Assembly: GCA_051251915.1 (NCBI GenBank)
Contig: JBPOGF010000001.1
Span: 224,001-288,000, forward strand
DNA: 64,000 nt
Direction of reading: 5' to 3'
From: Akkermansiaceae bacterium
GTDB lineage: Bacteria; Verrucomicrobiota; Verrucomicrobiia; Verrucomicrobiales; Akkermansiaceae
The stretch's first letter is position 1, and the number at the start of each line of letters is the position of its first letter. Both the position numbers and the translations under genes were made by a program. Under the pieces are notes generated by a model. That model was not told where the DNA came from and made no database searches. It saw only the letters and a list, made by a program, of their open reading frames with translations. Below, in pieces: positions 20,735 through 30,934 of this stretch.

Positions 20735-21544
20735 ATGATGAGTGAACATGATGAGTCATTTTATGATTCTGTTCTGATTACCGGTGCTTCAGGTGGCATT
20801 GGTGAGGAGTTTGCTCGTCAGCTTGTGTTCCGTTGTCACCAGATGATTCTGGTGGCTCGACGGGAAAATAGGCTGATGGATCTAGCCGCTGATTTGAAGC
20901 GGCAGAATCCCAGTCTGGATATTTTATTTTTTGTAGTGGATCTTACTTCTGCTACTGAGAGGGAGGATTTCCTCAAGATGCTTCTGAATAATGGAGCTAA
21001 GCCTGATTTGCTGATTAATAATGCAGGGATGGGGGATTACCAGAGGTTTGCACAATCTGACTGGGATAAAATAGATAATATGATGCAGGTCAATATGACT
21101 GCTCTGACGCACCTGACGCACCGACTTATTCCGCAGATGCGGGAGCGAGGTAGTGGGGCGATTATAAATGTGAGTTCACTGGCTAGTATTTTGCCGATGC
21201 CTGAGTTTGCAGTGTATGCGGCTACGAAGGCTTATGTGACGAGTTTTTCTGAGGCGTTGAGGCTGGAACTGAAGGAGGATAATATTCCGGTGATGGCGCT
21301 TTGTCCTGGGCCGGTGCATACGGAGTTTGGCTCGGTGGCTATGCCGGCGGATGCGAAGGAGTTACCGGGGAGAGAGATGTTTTACGTGGATAAATCTGTG
21401 GTGGTTGAGCAGGCCCTTGTAGGGTTGAGCCGACATAAGGCAAGGGTTTATCCGGGATGGAAGGTGGCGCTTGCTGCGGCTGGGATTTCACTTTTACCGC
21501 TGGCTGTGATCCGCTTAGTCATGAGTAAGCGGTTGAACGATTAG
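20735..21544 (+). CDS. Short-chain dehydrogenase/reductase
   Basis: ITGASGGIG, LINNAG, YAATKA. Confidence 0.93.
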   Translation: MMSEHDESFYDSVLITGASGGIGEEFARQLVFRCHQMILVARRENRLMDLAADLKRQNPSLDILFFVVDLTSATEREDFLKMLLNNGAKPDLLINNAGMGDYQRFAQSDWDKIDNMMQVNMTALTHLTHRLIPQMRERGSGAIINVSSLASILPMPEFAVYAATKAYVTSFSEALRLELKEDNIPVMALCPGPVHTEFGSVAMPADAKELPGREMFYVDKSVVVEQALVGLSRHKARVYPGWKVALAAAGISLLPLAVIRLVMSKRLND

Positions 21545-21555
21545 AATCTAATACG

Positions 21556-21951
21556 ATGTCAGAATTTGAACATATTGATGGCGTTAAAGTGGAGGTGGAT
21601 CAGGTGGTGTATATGCCATCGCTTCATAGTCCGATGGATAAGCCGCATCCGTTCATTTACTATATCACGATATATAATAACTCAGAAGAGGTTATCCAGA
21701 TTTTAGGAAGGAAATGGGTGGTTACTGAGAGTGATGGCGCGTGTGTGGTGGTGGAGGGGAATGGAGTGATAGGTGAGAAACCGACTTTGAATCCAGGAGA
21801 GCATTTTAGCTACAATAGCTACCATGTGGTGGCTAGGTCAGGAGAGGCATGTGGTGCTTATTATGGGGTGACGCTGAGTGAAAAAGGTGGGTTGAGTAAG
21901 GAGAGATTCATGGTTGAGATCCCTGAGTTCGAGTTAAGGTGCCCTGGGTAA
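21556..21951 (+). CDS. apaG: ApaG domain protein
   Basis: FIYYITIYN, LGRKWVV, VEGNGVIGEKPTLNPGEHFSYNS. Confidence 0.9.
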   Translation: MSEFEHIDGVKVEVDQVVYMPSLHSPMDKPHPFIYYITIYNNSEEVIQILGRKWVVTESDGACVVVEGNGVIGEKPTLNPGEHFSYNSYHVVARSGEACGAYYGVTLSEKGGLSKERFMVEIPEFELRCPG

Positions 21952-21965
21952 TGAAAAGGTAGCAT

Positions 21966-22000
21966 AAAAAAACCTGACCGCTGTTAGGCAATCAGGTTTT
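21966..22000. terminator. Bidirectional terminator
   Basis: aaaaaaacctgaccgc-tgttag-gcaatcaggtttt. Confidence 0.75.
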
Positions 22001-22020
22001 GTGGTTAGTAGGTTGCTCTA

Positions 22021-22419
22021 TTAGCGGCGATTTGAGTAGTGGCTTCTGTGCTGATTAGAGTGATAGTTATTTTTTTGGCTTCCTCTCGGAGGTGTGTAGC
22101 GGCTGTGGCTATTGTATCCTCTAGGCTTTGCTACTGCTCTATATCCTCTGTTGCTGTGGGTGTAGAAGATGTCACCTACGATGTAGTAGAGGATATTTCC
22201 GAATGTCACCGTTCTGCGGTTGCTGGGCAACCTATTGATGTATCCTGCGTGTTGATGGCCATGAGCTTTCTGTGGGACGACTGTTCTTGTAGGTTGAACT
22301 CTATGCTGGTGTGAGCTGTGGTTAGAGTTCGGTCTAGCGTAGCTGCTGATGGCACTTAATCCTAGGATGATGCTGCTGAGGATTACTGTCTTTGTTTTTG
22401 TATTTTGTTTTGTTTTCAT
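22021..22419 (-). CDS. Secreted His/Tyr-rich small protein (DUF6515-like), paralog 1
   Basis: Signal peptide ending SSYA; YINRLPSNRRTVTFGNILYYIVGDIFY...GY. Confidence 0.7.
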   Translation of the reverse strand: MKTKQNTKTKTVILSSIILGLSAISSYARPNSNHSSHQHRVQPTRTVVPQKAHGHQHAGYINRLPSNRRTVTFGNILYYIVGDIFYTHSNRGYRAVAKPRGYNSHSRYTPPRGSQKNNYHSNQHRSHYSNRR

Positions 22420-22566
22420 AGTTACTTTAGTTCTTGGTTGTGCCTATGAAACAAAAGGTTTCGCAGATAGTGTCGTTTTTTTTGTAACTGTTTTATTCAA
22501 TTTATTTTCACTTTTTTTTGTTCTAACAATTTCTAACAACTTGTTAGGTGGAGATCATTGAGGTGC

Positions 22567-22604
22567 AAAAAAAAAGACCCGATCGCTGTTAGGCGATCGA
22601 GTCT
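22567..22604 (-). terminator. Terminator of paralog 2
   Basis: aaaaaaaaagacccgatcgc-tgttag-gcgatcgagtct; same loop as the 21966 hairpin. Confidence 0.8.
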
Positions 22605-22627
22605 GATTAGATTTTAGAAGTTATTTT

Positions 22628-23011
22628 CTAGCGGTGTCTCAGCACACGTGCTGGTGTGTGGTGAGTTACTTTTGGTGCTGGCTTGGCTGGGGCGTAACGG
22701 TAATTGATACCTTTTGGTTTAGTTACGATTATGTAGCCTTTGTTGGTGCGGGTGTAGCAGGTGTCACCTACGAAGTAGTAGTAAGCGTTGCCGTGTTTGA
22801 CTGTTTTATAGTTGTTAGGCAATCTGTTGATGTACTTTACTTTGTGTGGTGTTTTGGCTTGCTGAGCGATGAGTTTTACTGGCTGAGCTTTAGACTTAGA
22901 GCTCTGATGTGCATGTTGATGAGTGTTTGCATAGCTGCTGATGGCGCTGAGTCCAAGGATGATGCTGCTGATGATTACTGTCTTTGTTTTTGTATTTTGT
23001 TTTGTTTTCAT
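22628..23011 (-). CDS. Secreted small protein (DUF6515-like), paralog 2
   Basis: Near-identical N-terminus MKTKQNTKTKTVI.SSIILGLSAISSYA; YINRLPNNYKTVKHGNAYYYFVGDTCY. Confidence 0.7.
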   Translation of the reverse strand: MKTKQNTKTKTVIISSIILGLSAISSYANTHQHAHQSSKSKAQPVKLIAQQAKTPHKVKYINRLPNNYKTVKHGNAYYYFVGDTCYTRTNKGYIIVTKPKGINYRYAPAKPAPKVTHHTPARVLRHR

Positions 23012-23154
23012 AGTTATGTAGTTCTTGGTTGTGGCTATGAAACAAAAGGTTTCGCGAAAGGTGTCATTTTTTCTAGAAGTGTTTTATTCAAATTATTTTT
23101 GATTATTTTCACTCTAACAGTTTTGTAAATGACTACGGTGTGGCTGAAGTCTAT

Positions 23155-23619
23155 TTAATTATAGAACAACTCGTCGAGGACTTCAGTTCTCCATGGCTGG
23201 CCGATGATGGCTGTAGCGTGCATGATACTGGTGGGGTCATTGCTGTGGTCTCTCCCTAGGACGCAGTGGCCTAGCTCGTGTATGACAATCTCGCTTACGA
23301 GTTCATCTGTTGCATTACGCAGTGTGTGGCTGATGATGATGGCTTTGTCTCCAGATGCAGATACTGAGCAGAGTCCATAGGCTCCGTTGGTATTGCCGTA
23401 TTGGATGTCTAAGCCGTCTAGTTTTACGGTGACATTGCGTTTGTTTGCTTCAATAACGAATCTATCTACGATGGCTTGAAAATCTGGGTCAACCGCTTGG
23501 TCGGTAACATCGTTATTGGAGAGAGTGAAGCTGTTGCTGGCTACTGGGGTGGAGGAGTCGCACGAGATGAGGGAAAATGAGCTGAAAATGAGGATGGTAG
23601 AGGTAAGTTTTTTAAACAT
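23155..23619 (-). CDS. Zinc metalloprotease lipoprotein (matrixin/metzincin-like)
   Basis: Lipobox LISC; HELGHCVLGRDH and Met-turn SIMH. Confidence 0.85.
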   Translation of the reverse strand: MFKKLTSTILIFSSFSLISCDSSTPVASNSFTLSNNDVTDQAVDPDFQAIVDRFVIEANKRNVTVKLDGLDIQYGNTNGAYGLCSVSASGDKAIIISHTLRNATDELVSEIVIHELGHCVLGRDHSNDPTSIMHATAIIGQPWRTEVLDELFYN

Positions 23620-23758
23620 AGAAAAGTTTTACAATAGAGCGTATTACTTGGCAATCTCATCCTTTTATTCTTGAGGGGTGGGTGAGATTTTTTCAGGAGA
23701 TTTTTTATACTGGTGTCTCTTAACTTGTCAGTTTGACGGTATTGAGTAAACTGGTGGC

Positions 23759-25096
23759 ATGACTTTTTTAATTAAGAAAATTTCTTTGATCTCTTATTTA
23801 TGTTTTGGGCTGTGTTTGGTGGTTGGTAATTTAGCTTTGGCTCAGGAGGGTGGGCTTACTGATGAGAAGGTGAAAGTGGAGGAGGTGACGGCTGATCAGC
23901 GGATTAGTCAGCGTTTGAAGCAGATCTATGTGGCGCTTGATGGTCTAGAAAACATAGAGATAAAGACGGTGAGTGGGGTAGTGATTCTTTCAGGGAAGGT
24001 GTTAGATGCGGAATCTTCTGAGACAGCTGTGTCATTAGCGCAAAAGACTGAAGGGGTGATTTATGTGCGTAGTGATCTGGAGGTGGATACTGAGATTACG
24101 AATAGGATTAATCCATTGAAGAAGAAGTTGGCTAGTTGGTGGGGGAGTCTTAGTAGTAAATTTCCGTTGATTATGGTGGCAATTGGGGTGGTGTTTGTGG
24201 CTTATATGATAGGTAGGTGGATTGCGTCGTTGAATTACGTTTATAATGCGATTGGGTTAGAGGGGATGCCGGCGTTGTTGGTGAAGCGGTTGATTCGGAT
24301 TATCATTACGTTGATCGGTATTGCTTTGGCGTTGGAGATTCTTGATGCGACGACTATGGTGGGCGCGGTGCTGGGGTTGGCGGGTGTGGCTGGGATAGCG
24401 ATTGGTTTTGCGGTGCAGGGGATAGTGGAGAACTATTTGGCGGGGATGCTGCTGAGTGCTAGGAATCCGTTTGAGCTTGGTGACTTGGTTGAGGTGGGAT
24501 CACGCAAGGGGACTGTGGTGAGGTTGACTTCTAGGGATACGGTGTTGATGACTCCGGAGGGGAATCATTTGCGGGTGCCGAATGGGAAGATTCTTAAGGA
24601 GGATATTATGAATTATAGTCGTAATCCTAAACGGAGGTTTGATTTTGGGGTAGGTGTATCGGTTGAGCTTGATCTTGTGAGGGTGAAGGATCTGGGGCTG
24701 GATATTCTTAGTAAGATCAATGGTGTTCTGGATGATCCAGGTCCTAGTGTGGTGATAGAGGAGTTGGGTGATAGCTCGGTGAAGATGCGTTTTTATGGCT
24801 GGATGAATCAGACTGAGAGTGATCTTCAGAAGGTGCGGAGTGAGTCGATCCGGTTGATTAAGTCTAAGTTTGACCGTGAAGGGATTGAGATGCCTGAGCC
24901 GATTTATAGGGTGATTAATCTCAATAAAGAACCGGCTGAGCGGGCGGCTAACGAACAGGAGTATTTGGATTCAGCGATAGAGAGTGAAGAGTTGCAGGCG
25001 ACGGATACAGCAAAGGATAGCGATATTGATGATGCTGTGAGGAAGGAGATTTCTAATGTGGAGGAGGAGAATCTGTTGAAGAAGAGTGAGTTATGA
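23759..25096 (+). CDS. MscS mechanosensitive channel with N-terminal BON domain
   Basis: GVVILSGKV (BON); GIAIGFAVQGIVENYLAG, NPFELGDLVEV, PNG, NYSR. Confidence 0.9.
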   Translation: MTFLIKKISLISYLCFGLCLVVGNLALAQEGGLTDEKVKVEEVTADQRISQRLKQIYVALDGLENIEIKTVSGVVILSGKVLDAESSETAVSLAQKTEGVIYVRSDLEVDTEITNRINPLKKKLASWWGSLSSKFPLIMVAIGVVFVAYMIGRWIASLNYVYNAIGLEGMPALLVKRLIRIIITLIGIALALEILDATTMVGAVLGLAGVAGIAIGFAVQGIVENYLAGMLLSARNPFELGDLVEVGSRKGTVVRLTSRDTVLMTPEGNHLRVPNGKILKEDIMNYSRNPKRRFDFGVGVSVELDLVRVKDLGLDILSKINGVLDDPGPSVVIEELGDSSVKMRFYGWMNQTESDLQKVRSESIRLIKSKFDREGIEMPEPIYRVINLNKEPAERAANEQEYLDSAIESEELQATDTAKDSDIDDAVRKEISNVEEENLLKKSEL

Positions 25097-25482
25097 TGAG
25101 AAAATGTTTAGTAACTCTTGGTGGAGTTTATTTAATCTATATTATCATCGTCATTTTAACCTCGGCGATGTCTGAGCATATAGCCTTCAGAGTGTGCTTA
25201 AATGGTTGTGATTTATCAGACGAAAAAAATGTAATTTCATATGGAGATTCTCGTGATGGTCCTTGGATAATAATCAAGAATGAAGAGCTGTTATATGAAT
25301 GTGTAACTAAGAAAGGTCGTATTAAAAACCTTACGAAAAACGATATAGATAGTGCGCCCGAACCTATCAATAGACAGATTTCACTCGGGGTTGAGGGTGT
25401 CGTCAGGGAAGTGAAAGCGGGTCATTATTTGTATATTGTTAGACAGCCTAATCAGTTTTTGATATGGAGTATTAGTTTGTAG
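25093..25482 (+). CDS. Hypothetical protein with N-terminal TM; AT-richer than neighbours
   Basis: 129-aa ORF overlapping the mscS stop; no recognisable motif. Confidence 0.5.
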   Translation: MMRKCLVTLGGVYLIYIIIVILTSAMSEHIAFRVCLNGCDLSDEKNVISYGDSRDGPWIIIKNEELLYECVTKKGRIKNLTKNDIDSAPEPINRQISLGVEGVVREVKAGHYLYIVRQPNQFLIWSISL

Positions 25483-25553
25483 TTAGAAATAATAATGCCC
25501 AGCAATGGCATGGCTGTGTCATGTCACAACAAGTATACTGAATAGCATGCTGG

Positions 25554-26804
25554 TTATTCGTTTCTTAGGGCTTCGATGGGGTCTAGCTGGGCGGATTTAG
25601 CGGCGGGGTAGATGCCGAAGATGATGCCTGTTAGGGCGGAGATGATGAAGGCTAGGACTACGGAGCTGGGGGAGATGATGGCGGTCATGGAGGTGAAGTT
25701 AGAGATGATCTGGGGCATGATGATGCCTAGTAGTACTCCGATGAGTCCGCCGATGAGTGAGAGGAGGACAGCCTCTACCATGAACTGTGTGATGATGTCG
25801 CTTTTCTTGGCACCTAGGGCGCGGCGGAGGCCGATCTCACGGGTGCGTTCTGTGACTGTAGCGAGCATGATGTTCATGATGCCGATGCCTCCGACGAGGA
25901 GTGAGATGGCGGCGATGGAGCCGAGGACGATGTTGAACATTTTTTGTGTTTGCTCGGATTGCTTGAGGAGTTGGAGTGGGACTGTGAGTTTGAAGTCTTG
26001 GACTTTGTGGGTGCGTTTTAGGAGGTTGGTGATCTGGGTTTCTGCGGTGAGGACGGCAGCGGGGGAGTTCATCTGCATGACGAGTTTGTGGAGCTGGATG
26101 TTTTCTGCGGTCATGCTGCCTGCTGCGTTTTTGACGATGAAGTCTCCGTAGCGGGCTTGCATGGTGGTGATGGGGACGTAGACGCGGTGGCTTTCTGTGG
26201 ATTGCTCGCTTTCACCTTGTTCTGATGTGACGCCGACTACGGTGTAGTAGACGTTGTCGATTCTGACTGTGCCTTCAAGTGGGTTAAGGTATGAGAAGAG
26301 TTCATCTGCTAGGCTTTTGTTGATGATGCAGACGGTGTTTTGCTGGTTGATGTCTAGCTCGCAGAGGAATCTGCCTTTGATGATGGGGATGCTGGAGACT
26401 TTGGCGAGGTTTGGCTGGGTGCCGATGATTTCTGCTGGGCGTGAGCGGTCTCTGAAGATGATGTTTTCGTTCATGAGTCGCTGGGGGACGATGCCTGCGA
26501 GTTCTGGTATGGCTTCTTGTATGGATGAGACGTCTCTGCGGGTGATGCCGTAGGCGAGGGTTTCTTCTTGTTCTTGGGTGTCTGATTCTGAGGGTTTGAT
26601 GCTTTCGATGATGATGTTGTTACTGCCGAGTTCTTTGATTCTTTGCTGGGCTTCATGGGCGGCGCCGTTTCCGACTGCGAGCATGGTGATGACTGAGCAG
26701 ACGCCGAAGATGATACCGAGGATGGTGAGTCCTGAGCGGAGTTTTCTGAGCATGAGGCTTTTGAAGCCTAGTTCGAGAGTGTGTTTGATCTTGGTGATTC
26801 TCAT
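25554..26804 (-). CDS. MacB/FtsX-family ABC permease
   Basis: RSGLTILGIIFGV, GGIGIMNIML, ERTREIGLRRALGA, GIYPAAKSAQLDPIEALR; probable start ATG 26804. Confidence 0.93.
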   Translation of the reverse strand: MRITKIKHTLELGFKSLMLRKLRSGLTILGIIFGVCSVITMLAVGNGAAHEAQQRIKELGSNNIIIESIKPSESDTQEQEETLAYGITRRDVSSIQEAIPELAGIVPQRLMNENIIFRDRSRPAEIIGTQPNLAKVSSIPIIKGRFLCELDINQQNTVCIINKSLADELFSYLNPLEGTVRIDNVYYTVVGVTSEQGESEQSTESHRVYVPITTMQARYGDFIVKNAAGSMTAENIQLHKLVMQMNSPAAVLTAETQITNLLKRTHKVQDFKLTVPLQLLKQSEQTQKMFNIVLGSIAAISLLVGGIGIMNIMLATVTERTREIGLRRALGAKKSDIITQFMVEAVLLSLIGGLIGVLLGIIMPQIISNFTSMTAIISPSSVVLAFIISALTGIIFGIYPAAKSAQLDPIEALRNE

Positions 26805-26823
26805 GAGGTTATGGCTGCGCCAT

Positions 26824-26885
26824 GTCAATGGTCATTGGTCAATAGTCAATGGTCTTGGGTTGATGGAACGGGCTTGGGGTGATGG
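26824..26885. repeat. Heptamer tandem tract (GTCA(A/T)T(G/A) x4) followed by the linker of the 2.1-2.6 kb array
   Basis: gtcaatg gtcattg gtcaata gtcaatg gtc ttgggttgatggaacggg cttggggtgatgg. Confidence 0.8.
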
Positions 26886-26892
26886 TGTGGGT

Positions 26893-27582
26893 TTAGCTTT
26901 CTGGTTTGGTTTTTATTTCATCTTGGTGGATGAGTCCGTCTTTCATGCGGATGATGCGGTGTGTGTGTTGTGCGACGGCTTCATCGTGGGTGACGATGAC
27001 GATGGTTTTTCCGCGTTTGTTTAGTTTGATGAGGATCTGCATGATTTCCTCTTCTGTTTTGCTGTCTAGGTTACCTGTGGGTTCATCTGCTAGGATCATG
27101 AGGGGGTCGTTGATGAGTGATCTGGCGATGGCTACGCGTTGTTGTTGACCTCCTGAGAGTTCGTTTGGCTTGTGGTCTAGGCGTTGTTCTAGGCCGACGA
27201 GGGTGGCGAGTTCTATGGCGAATGGGAGTTTGTCTTTGAGGGAGACTTCTTGGTAGATGAGTGGGAGCTGGATGTTCTCGATGACGTTTAGCTGGGCGAT
27301 GAGGTTGTAGGACTGGAAGATGAATCCGAGTCTTTTGCCTCGGGTGTCTGAGATGGTGTTGTCATCCATGTCTGCGACGTTTTCATTACCGAGGCTGTAG
27401 GTTCCTTGGGTGGGTCTGTCTAGGCAGCCGAGGATGTTGAGGAGTGTGGATTTACCAGATCCTGAGGGGCCCATGATGGAGACGAATGAGCCGTCGTCGA
27501 TTTTGAGGTCAATGCCTTTGAGGGCGTGGATCTCTTGTCCTTTGAGTGGGAATACTTTGGTTATGCCTTTGAGCTGGATCAT
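26893..27582 (-). CDS. ABC transporter ATP-binding protein (MacB/LolD type)
   Basis: GPSGSGKST, LSGGQQQRVAIAR, LADEPTGNLD. Confidence 0.95.
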   Translation of the reverse strand: MIQLKGITKVFPLKGQEIHALKGIDLKIDDGSFVSIMGPSGSGKSTLLNILGCLDRPTQGTYSLGNENVADMDDNTISDTRGKRLGFIFQSYNLIAQLNVIENIQLPLIYQEVSLKDKLPFAIELATLVGLEQRLDHKPNELSGGQQQRVAIARSLINDPLMILADEPTGNLDSKTEEEIMQILIKLNKRGKTIVIVTHDEAVAQHTHRIIRMKDGLIHQDEIKTKPES

Positions 27583-27600
27583 TCTAACAGATTATTTAGT

Positions 27601-29064
27601 CTATTCTGACTCTTGAGGGATGTTGAGTAGGACGATGTCGCCATCGGTGACGCCGGAGGTGATTTCTGCGAAGCTGTTGTTCATGAGGCCGATCTCGATT
27701 TCTGTTTTGATGTGATCTGATCCTTGTTTGAGGTAGCAGTAGTATTTTTCTTTTTCTGTGATGATGGCGTGGAGTGGGATGTAGAAGATATCTTTGAGGT
27801 CAGTGATGATGATGTCTACTTTTGCTGAGATGGATGGTTTGACGTCTGGGAGTGGGTCTGTGATGAGGATTTCTGTGCTGTAGAATTGTTCTTCTGCTCC
27901 GAAGTATGAGTTGTTTCTATCTGGGAGTGGGTTGACTTTGGAGACGATGCCTTTGTAGCGAGCGTCTGAGACGGATTCGATGGTTACGAAGGCTTCTTGG
28001 TTACGTTTGATTTTGCTGATGTGGAATTCTGGGATTTTGACTTCTACTTTCATTTTGTGGAGGCTGGGGATGGCGATGATGCGGCGGTTTTTGTTTACTT
28101 TAATGCCTTCTGCGATGTGATCATCTCCTCTACTACGACGGGGGGAGTAGAGGGCGATGCCGTCTACGGGGGCGAATAACTGGGTGTGTTCTAGTTGTTC
28201 TTGGATTTCTTTGAGACGGGTTTCGTTTACTGTGAGTTTACGCTTTGCTTCTGCGAGTTTTCCTTCTGATCGGCTGAGTCTGCTTTCGCCTTGTGTGAGT
28301 AGTCGCTCGTATTTTCTCTGGGCTTCTGTGACTTTGGAAGTGAGTTCTACTTGGAGTTTTGGGAGATCGAACTTTTCTAACATTTGTAGGCTGCTCTTTG
28401 CTGAGTCTAGTGCTTTTTGGCGGTTGCTGAGTTCTAGTTTGTCTCGGTCTACTTGGCTTTTGGTTTCGAATCCTTTTGCGGCGAGTTTTTCACTCCAGCC
28501 GAATTTATCTTCTGAGAGGCGGAGAGCTTCTTCTTCTGTGGTGATTCTGGAGGCGGCGTCTCTGAGCTGTTGTTTTTTGTCTAGCTGCTCGAATTTCTCG
28601 AGGTCCATTTGGGCGAATTCGATGGCTTTACGTGCTTCGCGCTGCTCGCTCTCGATGGTGCTTTGTTCGATGAGGAGGTCATTCTGTGCGGTGATGAGGG
28701 ATGATTTACTGGTTTCTACGTCGAGTTGGACTGATTGTAGCTGGTTCTTGGCTTCTGTAGGATCTAGTTCTACGAGGAGGTCACCTTTTTTGACTATGGA
28801 GCCTTCTGGGATGATGGTGAGGATGAGGGACTGGCCATTGAGGCGGTTTTTGATCACTTCTTCTTCGACGGCTTGTAGTACGCCGCCTTCGGTGACGGAG
28901 ATATTAAGATCACTTTTTTCTACGGTGAAGTAGGCGTATTCTTCTTCAGAGTTTGAGCTGGATGAGAAGAGGAATTTGTAGGCTAAGAAGCAGCAGAGTA
29001 GGGCGATGAGTAGTCCTATCCAGATGGTTTTCTTTTTGCTCTTTGGTAATGTAGATGATGTCAT
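27601..29064 (-). CDS. Efflux periplasmic adaptor (MacA/HlyD-like) with long coiled coil
   Basis: N-terminal TM, EGSIVKKGDLLVELD, LFAPVDG. Confidence 0.88.
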   Translation of the reverse strand: MTSSTLPKSKKKTIWIGLLIALLCCFLAYKFLFSSSSNSEEEYAYFTVEKSDLNISVTEGGVLQAVEEEVIKNRLNGQSLILTIIPEGSIVKKGDLLVELDPTEAKNQLQSVQLDVETSKSSLITAQNDLLIEQSTIESEQREARKAIEFAQMDLEKFEQLDKKQQLRDAASRITTEEEALRLSEDKFGWSEKLAAKGFETKSQVDRDKLELSNRQKALDSAKSSLQMLEKFDLPKLQVELTSKVTEAQRKYERLLTQGESRLSRSEGKLAEAKRKLTVNETRLKEIQEQLEHTQLFAPVDGIALYSPRRSRGDDHIAEGIKVNKNRRIIAIPSLHKMKVEVKIPEFHISKIKRNQEAFVTIESVSDARYKGIVSKVNPLPDRNNSYFGAEEQFYSTEILITDPLPDVKPSISAKVDIIITDLKDIFYIPLHAIITEKEKYYCYLKQGSDHIKTEIEIGLMNNSFAEITSGVTDGDIVLLNIPQESE

Positions 29065-29077
29065 GGTGTGAGTGAGT

Positions 29078-30691
29078 TTAGCGTGTAGGATTTCTTTCGA
29101 GCCAGTAGTTTGAGGAGTTGGGGTCGAGGATGCCGATATCGGTGTAGAGTTGGAGTCTGGCGTTTTGGTAGTCGATGAGGGCTGCGGTGACGGAGTTCTG
29201 GGCTGAGATTAATGCATCTTGAGATTCGCTGAGTCGTCTGAAGATGACTGTGCCAGCTTGTAGGCGGAGGCGGTTGCCTTCAACTCGGTCTTCGGCGAGT
29301 TTGACGGCGTTGCGCTGGATTTCGTAGTTTTGTTTGAATTGCTGGACTTCACGGATACGACGGATGACGAGGTTATTTAAGCTATCATAGGTTCGGCTAA
29401 GGGAGCGGATGTTAGACTGGAAGCGTATGAGGGAGCGGCGGTAGTTGTTGCGTTCGTTGATGCGATTGATGGGGAGGTTAAGCTCAACGCCGACTTGTGA
29501 GGTGAGGTTGTCTAAATTTAATTTGTCTAGGCGGCCGTCTGTGCTTGCGAGTGAGGCAGAGGCTACGAAGTTGACTTGTGCCTTGAGTTGGTTTGCTGAG
29601 ATGACGACTTGACGCTTGGTGTCATCGAACCGGTCAATTTCATTGATGAGGGGGAGGCGGTTTTCGAGTGCTAGCTTGAAGGCTTGTTTCTCGTTGACTC
29701 TGAGTGGATGGAGTCCTGCTTTAACTAGCTTGTCTAGTTCGTTGTCGTTGAGATTCAGTGTTACGCTGCTGGGGGCTCCGATGGTTATTTTAAAGTCATC
29801 GAGTGAGGTTTGGTAGCGGGATTTGGCGTTGATCCAGCTTGTTTTGGCTTGGAGTTCACTTTGCTCTGAGTCGCTTACTTCTTGTGGGCTGGCGCGGTCA
29901 ACAGCTCTGGCTCTGAGGTATTCGGTATCTTTTTGTCTGGAGATGTAGTTTTTGTATTGGTTGCTGACGGATTCCTTTTGCTGCATGAGGCGGAGATACT
30001 GGATGACGATCTCCATGGAGAAGGTGTTCTGGAAGTGGTGGTAGTCACGGATGGCGTAGATGACATCGCGGTTCGCCTGGGTGAATCTCTCGGCGGCGAT
30101 ATCGCGGCCTGCGCCTCGGAGGAGTGGTTGGAGAATGTTTAGCGAGATCACTGAGCCAGCGGAGTTTCTGGGGTCGCCGGTGAAGTAACGGAGGAGGTCG
30201 TTGGCTAATGAAAGGCTGTAGTTGCCTCCAGTGGTAAGGTTTTGTGAAATGCGTTGGTTAAGGGTTCCTGTGCCTCGGAGGTCACCATTTTGCTGGTCAC
30301 GTAGGCGTCCGCTTGCGGTGCTGGAGAAGTTAGGTCCAAAGTCATTGCGCGCTCCTGTAAGAGAGAGGGCGGCGAGATAGAGTGTTTCTTTTTGGCTCTG
30401 GTAGTCTCGGCTGTGTTTGGCTGCGTAGTCTAAGGTTTGGTCTATATTTAGGGTGAGTTGACCACCTCTTTGGCTGTCTTCTAGTAGTTGTGAAGCGTTG
30501 ATGTTTTTTGGTTTTTTACGGGAATAATTTGTATCGATGGTGAAATCTTTGGATTTCCCGAAGACTGATTTTTCAGCCTTTTTGAGGATCTGGTAGACTT
30601 GGGCATCTGCTTTTTTCTGCTGTTGCCCCGCACTGCAGCCCATGAGAAAAAAGGGGACGAGGAGCCAAGTTGATAAAAGTGTACCGTTCAT
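29078..30691 (-). CDS. TolC-family outer-membrane lipoprotein
   Basis: Lipobox LMGC, QPLLRGAG, helical OEP-like repeats; heads the ABC efflux operon. Confidence 0.85.
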   Translation of the reverse strand: MNGTLLSTWLLVPFFLMGCSAGQQQKKADAQVYQILKKAEKSVFGKSKDFTIDTNYSRKKPKNINASQLLEDSQRGGQLTLNIDQTLDYAAKHSRDYQSQKETLYLAALSLTGARNDFGPNFSSTASGRLRDQQNGDLRGTGTLNQRISQNLTTGGNYSLSLANDLLRYFTGDPRNSAGSVISLNILQPLLRGAGRDIAAERFTQANRDVIYAIRDYHHFQNTFSMEIVIQYLRLMQQKESVSNQYKNYISRQKDTEYLRARAVDRASPQEVSDSEQSELQAKTSWINAKSRYQTSLDDFKITIGAPSSVTLNLNDNELDKLVKAGLHPLRVNEKQAFKLALENRLPLINEIDRFDDTKRQVVISANQLKAQVNFVASASLASTDGRLDKLNLDNLTSQVGVELNLPINRINERNNYRRSLIRFQSNIRSLSRTYDSLNNLVIRRIREVQQFKQNYEIQRNAVKLAEDRVEGNRLRLQAGTVIFRRLSESQDALISAQNSVTAALIDYQNARLQLYTDIGILDPNSSNYWLERNPTR

Positions 30692-30934
30692 TCGTATCTA
30701 AACGTATTGAATGAGTAGAATTGTTCATTTATTTGAAGGTATTTCATCTTTATCTATCAGATGCCTTAATATATAGTTACTGTTGTTTGGTTAGTGTCCT
30801 ATGTTTTAGTGCTGTTTGGGTATTTTTTGATGTTTCTTCAGGTGGCTACTTTTAGGAATAGGATTACGGCCAGATAATGATATGTATGAAATGGCTAAAC
30901 TGATAGTGACTACCTCTACAACGTGATTAGTGTT

